A DNA stretch of 64,000 nucleotides. Origin: Utricularia gibba (lineage: Eukaryota > Plantae > Magnoliophyta). The stretch lies in the NCBI GenBank assembly GCA_002189035.1, contig NEEC01000035.1, positions 31,409 to 95,408 on the forward strand, given 5' to 3'. The translations under genes were made by a program, and so were the position numbers. The notes beneath the pieces are model-generated. The model did not search any database. It was not told the DNA's origin and saw only the letters and a program-made list of their open reading frames with translations. Position 1 is the first letter of the stretch, and the number at the start of each line of letters is the position of its first letter. Below are positions 57,518 through 64,000 of this stretch, piece by piece.

Positions 57518-57853
57518 ATGCATCCTCGGACGAAGATGCTTTCAACACGGAAGCTGACCGGCACGGAAAGGGGTTCGAAACGGTATGCCGGGCGCAGCGT
57601 GACTCATCTTGATCTTCAAGATATCGACGAGATGCCGAACGGTGTGCGAGGCCACCATGAGGCTGCGGGTAGGAACACACCTAGAGCTTGTTCAGAGATC
57701 GCCTCGAAAACCCATACTTCACGTCACCCAATAAAACGCAGATGTTTTGCAAGGCGAAAATCACAATCGCGTCGATTCTCGTGTTCCGAGTCGCATCGTC
57801 GCGAACGTGGTGGCCAATTTGTGGCACATCTGAAGGCTAATATAAGGCGATAA
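57518..57853 (+). CDS. Putative 111-aa Arg-rich ORF spanning one monomer (hypothetical; probably not a gene)
   Basis: ATG...TAA covers 336 of 347 bp and encodes MHPRTKMLSTRK...HLKANIRR (20 Arg, 7 Lys, 9 Asp/Glu). No domain recognised. Only 11 nt separate the stop from the next ATG. Confidence 0.12.
   Translation: MHPRTKMLSTRKLTGTERGSKRYAGRSVTHLDLQDIDEMPNGVRGHHEAAGRNTPRACSEIASKTHTSRHPIKRRCFARRKSQSRRFSCSESHRRERGGQFVAHLKANIRR
57572..57846 (+). promoter_or_regulatory. Short cis-element-like motifs repeated in every monomer (function unsupported)
   Basis: GGTTCGAAAC B-box-like 57572-57581; TGACTCA AP-1/GCN4-like 57600-57606; CACGTCA (TGACGTG on minus) 57720-57726; CCAAT 57728-57732 and 57814-57818; AATAAA 57730-57735; TATAAG 57841-57846. 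These are motif matches only. Confidence 0.15.
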
Positions 57854-60800
57854 TTCGAGCTCTGATGCATCCTCGGACGAAGATGCTTTCAACACGGAAG
57901 CTGACCGGCACGGAAAGGGGTTCGAAACGGTATGCCGGCGCAGCGTGACTCATCACGGTTTTTCAGGATATCCGAAATACCGAACGGTGTGCGAGGCCAC
58001 CATGAGGCTGCGGGTAGGGACACACCCAGAGCTTGTTCAGAGATCGCATCGAAAACCCATACTTCACGTCATCCAATAAAACGCAGATGTTTTGCAAGCC
58101 GAAAATCACAATCGCGTCGATTCTCGTGTTCCGATCATCGTCGCGAACGTGGTGGCCAATTTGTGGCACATCTGAAGGCTAATATAAGGCGATAATTCGA
58201 GCTCTGATGCATCCTCGGACGAAGATGCTTTCAACACGGAAGCTGACCGGCGGAAAGGGCTTCGAAACGGTATGCCGGGCGCAGCGTGACTCATCTTGAT
58301 CTTCAGATATCGACGAATGCCGAACGGTGTGCGAGGCCACCATGAGGCTGCGGGTAGGGACACACCCAGAGCTTGTTCAGAGATCGCCTCGAAAACCCAT
58401 ACTTCACGTCACCAATAAAACGCAGATGTTTTGCAAGGCGAAAATCAAATCGCGATTCTCGTGTTCCGAGTCGCATCGTCGCGAACGTGGTGGCCAATTT
58501 GTGGCACATCTGAAGGCTAATATAAGGCGATAATTCGAGCTCTGATGCATCCTCGGACGAAGATGCTTTCAACACGGAAGCTGACCGGCACGGAAAGGGG
58601 TTCGAAACGGTATGCCGGCGCAGCGTGACTCATCTTTTCAAGATATCGCCGAAATGCCGAACGGTGTGCGAGGCCACCATGAGGCTGCGGGTAGGACACA
58701 CCCAGAGCTTGTTCAGAGATCGCCTCGAAAACCCATACTTCACGTCACCAATAAAACGCAGATGTTTTGCAAGGCGAAAATCACAATCGCGTCGATTCTC
58801 GTGTTCCGAGTCGCATCGTCGCGAACGTGGTGGCCAATTTGTGGCACATCTGAAGGCTAATATAAGGCGATAATTCGAGCTCTGATGCATCCTCGGACGA
58901 AGATGCTTTCAACACGGAAGCTGACCGGCACGGAAAGGGGTTCGAAACGGTATGCCGGGCGCAGCGTGACTCATCTGATCTTCAAGATATCGACGAGATG
59001 CCGAACGGTGTGCGAGGCCACCATGAGGCTGCGGGTAGGAACACACCTAGAGCTTGTTCAGAGATCGCCTCGAAAACCCATACTTCACGTCACCCAAAAA
59101 CAGATGTTTTGCAAGCGAAAATCACAATCGCGTCGATTCTCGTGTTCCGAGTCGCATCGTCGCGAACGTGGTGGCCAATTTGTGGCACATCTGAAGGCTA
59201 ATATAAGGCGATAATTCGAGCTCTGATGCATCCTCGGACGAAGATGCTTTCAACACGGAAGCTGACCGGCACGGAAAGGGGTTCGAAACGGTATGCCGGC
59301 GCAGCGTGACTCATCTTTTTCAGGATATCGCCGAATGCCGAACGGTGTGCGAGGCCACCATGAGGCTGCGGGTAGGACACACCCAGAGCTTGTTCAGAGA
59401 TCGCCTCGAAAACCCATACTTCACGTCACCCAATAAAACGCAGATGTTTTGCAAGGCGAAAATCACAATCGCGTCGATTCTCGTGTTCCGAGTCGCATCG
59501 TCGCGAACGTGGTGGCCAATTTGTGGCACATCTGAAGGCTAATATAAGGCGATAATTCGAGCTCTGATGCATCCTCGGACGAAGATGCTTTCAACACGGA
59601 AGCTGACCGGCACGGAAAGGGGTTCGAAACGGTATGCCGGGCGCAGCGTGACTCATCTTGATCTTCAAGATATCGACGAGATGCCGAACGGTGTGCGAGG
59701 CCACCATGAGGCTGCGGGTAGGAACACACCAGAGCTTGTTCAGAGATCGCCTCGAAAACCCATACTTCACGTCACCCAATAAAACGCAGATGTTTTGCAA
59801 GGCGAAAATCACAATCGCGTCGATTCTCGTGTTCCGAGTCGCATCGTCGCGAACGTGGTGGCCAATTTGTGGCACATCTGAAGGCTAATATAAGGCGATA
59901 ATTCGAGCTCTGATGCATCCTCGGACGAAGATGCTTTCAACACGGAAGCTGACCGGCACGGAAAGGGGTTCGAAACGGTATGCCGGGCGCAGCGTGACTC
60001 ATCTTGATCTTCAGATATCGCCGAAATCCGAACGGTGTGCGAGGCCACCATGAGGCTGCGGGTAGGAACACACCTAGAGCTTGTTCAGAGATCGCCTCGA
60101 AAACCATACTTCACGTCACCCAATAAAACGCAGATGTTTTGCAAGCGAAAATCACAATCGCGTCGATTCTCGTGTTCCGAGTCGCATCGTCGCGAACGTG
60201 GTGGCCAATTTGTGGCACATCTGAAGGCTAATATAAGGCGATAATTCGAGCTCTGATGCATCCTCGGACGAAGATGCTTTCAACACGGAAGCTGACCGGC
60301 ACGGAAAGGGGTTCGAAACGGTATGCCGGGCGCAGCGTGACTCATCTTGATCTTCAAGATATCGACGAGATGCCGAACGGTGTGCGAGGCCACCATGAGG
60401 CTGCGGGTAGGACACACCAGAGCTTGTTCAGAGATCGCCTCGAAAACCCATACTTCACGTCACCCAATAAAACGCAGATGTTTTGCAAGAAAATCACAAT
60501 CGCGTCGATTCTCGTGTTCCGAGTCGCATCGTCGCGAACGTGGTGGCCAATTTGTGGCACATCTGAAGGCTAATAAAGGCGATAATTCGAGCTCTGATGC
60601 ATCCTCGGACGAAGATGCTTTCAACACGGAAGCTGACCGGCACGGAAAGGGGTTCGAAACGGTATGCCGGCGCAGCGTGACTCATCTTGATCTTCAAGAT
60701 ATCGACGAGATGCCGAACGGTGTGCGAGGCCACCATGAGGCTGCGGGTAGGAACACACCAGAGCTTGTTCAGAGATCGCCTCGAAAACCCATACTTCACG

Positions 60801-61280
60801 TCACCCAATAAAACGCAGATGTTTTGCAAGGCGAAAATCACAATCGCGTCGATTCTCGTGTTCCGAGTCGCATCGTCGCGAACGTGGTGGCCAATTTGTG
60901 GCACATCTGAAGGCTAATATAAGGCGAATTTCGAGCTCTGATGCATCCTCGGACGAAGATGCTTTCAACACGGAAGCTGACCACGGAAAGGGTTCGAAAC
61001 GGTATGCCGGGCGCAGCGTGACTCATCTTGATCTTCAAGATATCGACGAGATGCCGAACGGTGTGCGAGGCCACCATGAGGCTGCGGGTAGGAACACACC
61101 TAGAGCTTGTTCAGAGATCGCCTCGAAAACCCATACTTCACGTCACCCAATAAAACGCAGATGTTTTGCAAGGCGAAAATCACAATCGCGTCGATTCTCG
61201 TGTTCGAGTCGCATCGTCGCGAACGTGGTGGCCAATTTGTGGCACATCTGAAGGCTAATAAGGCGATAATTCGAGCTCTG

Positions 61281-64000
61281 ATGCATCCTCGGACGAAGAT
61301 GCTTTCAACACGGAAGCTGACCGGCACGGAAAGGGGTTCGAAACGGTATGCCGGCGCAGCGTGACTCATCACGGTTTTCAGGATATCCGAAATACCGAAC
61401 GGTGTGCGAGGCCACCATGAGGCTGCGGGTAGGACACACCCAGAGCTTGTTCAGAGATCGCCTCGAAAACCCATACTTCACGTCACCAATAAAACGCAGA
61501 TGTTTTGCAAGCCGAAAATCACAATCGCGTCGATTCTCGTGTTCCGAGTCTCATCGTCGCGAACGTGGTGGCCAATTTGTGGCACATCTGAAGGCTAATA
61601 TAAGGCGATAATTCGAGCTCTGATGCATCCTCGGACGAAGATGCTTTCAACACGGAAGCTGACCGGCACGGAACGGGTTCGAAACGGTATGCCGGGCGCA
61701 GCGTGACTCATCTTGATCTTCAAGATATCGACGAGATGCCGAACGGTGTGCGAGGCCACCATGAGGCTGCGGGTAGGAACACACCTAGAGCTTGTTCAGA
61801 GATCGCCTCGAAAACCCATACTTCACGTCACCCAATAAAAACGCAGATGTTTTGCAAGGCGAAAATCACAATCGCGTCGATTCTCGTGTTCCGAGTCGCA
61901 TCGTCGCGAACGTGGTGGCCAATTTGTGGCACATCTGAAGGCTAATATAAGGCGATAATTCGAGCTCTGATGCATCCGGACGAAGATGCTTTCAACACGG
62001 AAGCTGACCGGCACGGAAAGGGGTTCGAAACGGTATGCCGGGCGCAGCGTGACTCATCTTGATCTCAAGATATCGACGAGATGCCGAACGGTGTGCGAGG
62101 CCACCATGAGGCTGCGGGTAGGAACACCCAGAGCTTGTTCAGAGATCGCTCGAAAACCCATACTTCACGTCACCAATAAAACGCAGATGTTTTGCAAGGC
62201 GAAAATCACAATCGCGTCGATTCTCGTGTTCCGAGTCGCATCGTCGCGAACGTGGTGGCCAATTTGTGGCACATCTGAAGGCTAATATAAGGCGATAATT
62301 CGAGCTCTGATGCATCCTCGGACGAAGATGCTTTCAACACGGAAGCTGACCGGCACGGAAAGGGGTTCGAAACGGTATGCCGAGCGCAGCGTGACTCATC
62401 ACGGTTTTCAGGATATCGCCGAAATACCGAACGGTGTGCGAGGCCACCATGAGGCTGCGGGTAGGGACACACCCAGAGCTTGTTCAGAGATCGCATCGAA
62501 AACCATACTTCACGTCATCCAATAAAACGCAGATCTTTTGCAAGCCGAAAATCACAATCGCGTCGATTCTCGTGTTCCGAAATCATCGTCGCGAACGTGG
62601 TGGCCAATTTGTGGCACATCTGAAGGCTAATATAAGGCGATAATTCGAGCTCTGATGCATCCTCGGACGAAGATGCTTTCAACACGGAAGCTGACCGGCA
62701 CGGAAAGGGGTTCGAAACGGTATGCCGGCGCAGCGTGACTCATCTTGATCTTCAAGATATCGACGAGATGCCGAACGGTGTGCGAGGCCACCATGAGGCT
62801 GCGGGTAGGAACACACCTAGAGCTTGTTCAGAGATCGCCTCGAAAACCCATACTTCACGTCACCCAATAAAACAGATGTTTTGCAAGGCGAAAATCACAA
62901 TCGCGTCGATTCTCGTGTTCCGAGTCGCATCGTCGCGAACGTGGTGGCCAATTTGTGGCACATCTGAAGGCTAATATAAGGCGATAATTCGAGCTCTGAT
63001 GCATCCTCGGACGAAGATGCTTTCAACACGGAAGCTGACCGGCACGGAACGGGCTTCGAAACGTATGCCGGGCGCAGCGTGACTCATCTTGATCTTCAAG
63101 ATATCGACGAGATGCCGAACGGTGTGCGAGGCCACCATGAGGCTGCGGTAGGAACACACCTAGAGCTTGTTCAGAGATCGCCTCGAAAACCCATACTTCA
63201 CGTCACCCAATAAAACGTAGATGTTTTGCAAGGCGAAAATCACAATCGCGTCGATTCTCGTGTTCCGAGTCGCATCGTCGCGAACGTGGTGGCCAATTTG
63301 TGGCACATCTGAAGGCTATAAGGCGATAATTCGAGCTCTGATGCATCCTCGGACGAAGATGCTTTCAACACGGAAGCTGACCGGCACGGAAAGGGTTCGA
63401 AACGGTATGCCGAGCGCAGCGTGACTCATCACGTTTTCAGGATATCCGAAATACCGAACGGTGTGCGAGGCCACCATGAGGCTGCGGGTAGGGACACACC
63501 CAGAGCTTGTTCAGAGATCGCATCGAAAACCCATACTTCACGTCATCCAATAAAACGCAGATCTTTTGCAAGCCGAAAATCACAATCGCGTCGATTCTCG
63601 TGTTCCGAAACTCATCGTCGCGAACGTGGTGGCCAATTTGTGGCACATCTGAAGGCTAATATAAGGCGATAATTCGAGCTCTGATGCATCCTCGGACGAA
63701 GATGCTTTCAACACGGAAGCTGACCGCACGGAAAGGGGTTCGAAACGGTATGCCGGGCGCAGCGTGACTCATCTTGATCTTCAAGATATCGACGAGATGC
63801 CGAACGGTGCGAGGCCACCATGAGGCTGCGGGTAGGAACACACTAGAGCTTGTTCAGAGATCGCCTCGAAAACCCATACTTCACGTCACCAATAAAACAC
63901 AGATGTTTTGCAAGGCGAAAATCACAATCGCGTCGATTCTCGTGTTCCGAGTCGCATCGTCGCGAACGTGGTGGCCAATTTGTGGCACATCTGAAGGCTA
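61281..64000 (+). repeat. Local BAA trimeric higher-order repeat (~1030 bp period)
   Basis: Units at 61281 B, 61623 A, 61970 A, 62310 B, 62655 A, 62999 A, 63341 B, 63684 A. B-to-B spacing is 1029 and 1031 bp. Confidence 0.65.
62310..62654 (+). repeat. Representative type B monomer (345 bp as written; 347 bp once two single-base dropouts are restored)
   Basis: Diagnostics: GCCGAGCGC, CATCACGGTTTTCAGGATATCGCCGAAATACCG, GGTAGGGACACACCCAG, GATCGCATCG, GTCATCCAAT, CAGATCTTTTGCAAGCCG (BglII), CCGAAA(C)TCATC. The same linked set is seen at 63341-63683 and largely at 57865, 53388 and 26202. Confidence 0.88.

Larger units (their letters stand above)
57518..57864 (+). repeat. Representative full-length type A monomer (347 bp)
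   Basis: Diagnostics: CATCTTGATCTTCAAGATATCGACGAGATGCCG, GGTAGGAACACACCTAG, GTCACCCAAT, CAGATGTTTTGCAAGGCG, CCGAGTCGCATC. Hand count A92 C87 G95 T73 (52% GC), 33 CpG. Single NsiI, SacI, EcoRV, BstBI, NruI and MscI sites. Confidence 0.93.
1..64000. repeat. Tandem (satellite-type) array of a 347-bp monomer, head-to-tail, single orientation, no flanking unique sequence
   Basis: The motif GAGCTCTGATGCATCCTCGGACGAAGATGCTTTCAACACGGAAGCTGACCGG recurs about every 340-347 bp across the window (e.g. ATG starts at 55110, 55457, 55801, 56147, 56490, 56834, 57173, 57518, 57865). The window starts and ends mid-monomer. Confidence 0.97.

Noticed and set aside
57548-57590. 5S rRNA or tRNA gene (CGGAAGCT; GGTTCGAAAC)
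   Set aside because: These are isolated 8-10 nt matches, with no flanking 5S similarity, no cloverleaf, no A-box and no poly-T terminator.
57714-57824. U1 snRNA-like hints (ATACTT start, AATTTGTGG Sm site)
   Set aside because: The spacing is 102 nt rather than ~125, ATACTTACCTG is not matched, the U1-70K and U1A loops and 3' stem are missing, and the Sm-like motif sits in a GCCA/TGGC hairpin.
57518-57864. Excess of 6-bp restriction palindromes
   Set aside because: About six per monomer were seen against ~5.4 expected by chance.
62396-62410. Spliced-leader RNA array (TCACGGTTTT recalls the schistosome SL; donor-like GGTATG/GGTAGG and Sm-like motif)
   Set aside because: The match is only ~10 nt and is absent from type A. 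The donor-to-Sm distances (about 150 nt or more) are longer than typical SL introns.
1-64000. CRISPR array or other repeat-spacer system
   Set aside because: The sequence between conserved blocks is not unique spacer; it is one of a few recurring alleles of the same monomer. No cas genes are present.
1-64000. Hundreds of 60-280 aa ORFs in the track as real genes, or one repetitive polyprotein
   Set aside because: All are translations of the same monomer. 347 is not a multiple of 3 and every reading path meets a stop. The longest ORFs (e.g. 6880-7722, 7887-8687) are patchworks of frames in scrambled regions.
1-64000. Rolling-circle concatemer of a single ~347-nt circle (viroid-sized) or one eccDNA
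   Set aside because: One template would give one haplotype or one fixed period, whereas the window has A, B, C and D types in position-dependent, irregular order. No rod-like self-complementarity or ribozyme core was seen. Amplification of a genomic array is not excluded.

Overview
The whole 64 kb is one uninterrupted head-to-tail tandem array of a 347-bp, ~52% GC, CpG-rich monomer, roughly 185-195 copies, all in the same orientation and running off both ends. It looks like eukaryotic satellite DNA, but I do not recognise the family or host. I found no recognisable protein-coding gene, rRNA, tRNA, CRISPR array, mobile element or unique insert; the ORF track is the same monomer translated repeatedly. 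Two main monomer types, A and B, differ at about 18 positions and occur as an irregular mosaic of AB dimers and AAB trimers. A third type (C) is confined to the first ~6 kb, and a minor haplotype (D) recurs sporadically. Sequence quality is very uneven: 1-21.5 kb and 41.4-50.3 kb are scrambled and deletion-rich, while 50.3-64 kb is cleanest. Many 1-bp deletions fall exactly on A/B polymorphic sites, which points to consensus or assembly collapse rather than biology. The best leads are (i) a 111-codon ORF filling 336 of the 347 bp, open in both A and B with a marginal third-codon-position bias, and (ii) a ~144-bp block with no fixed A/B difference. Neither proves a new system; ordinary satellite DNA is the most parsimonious reading.
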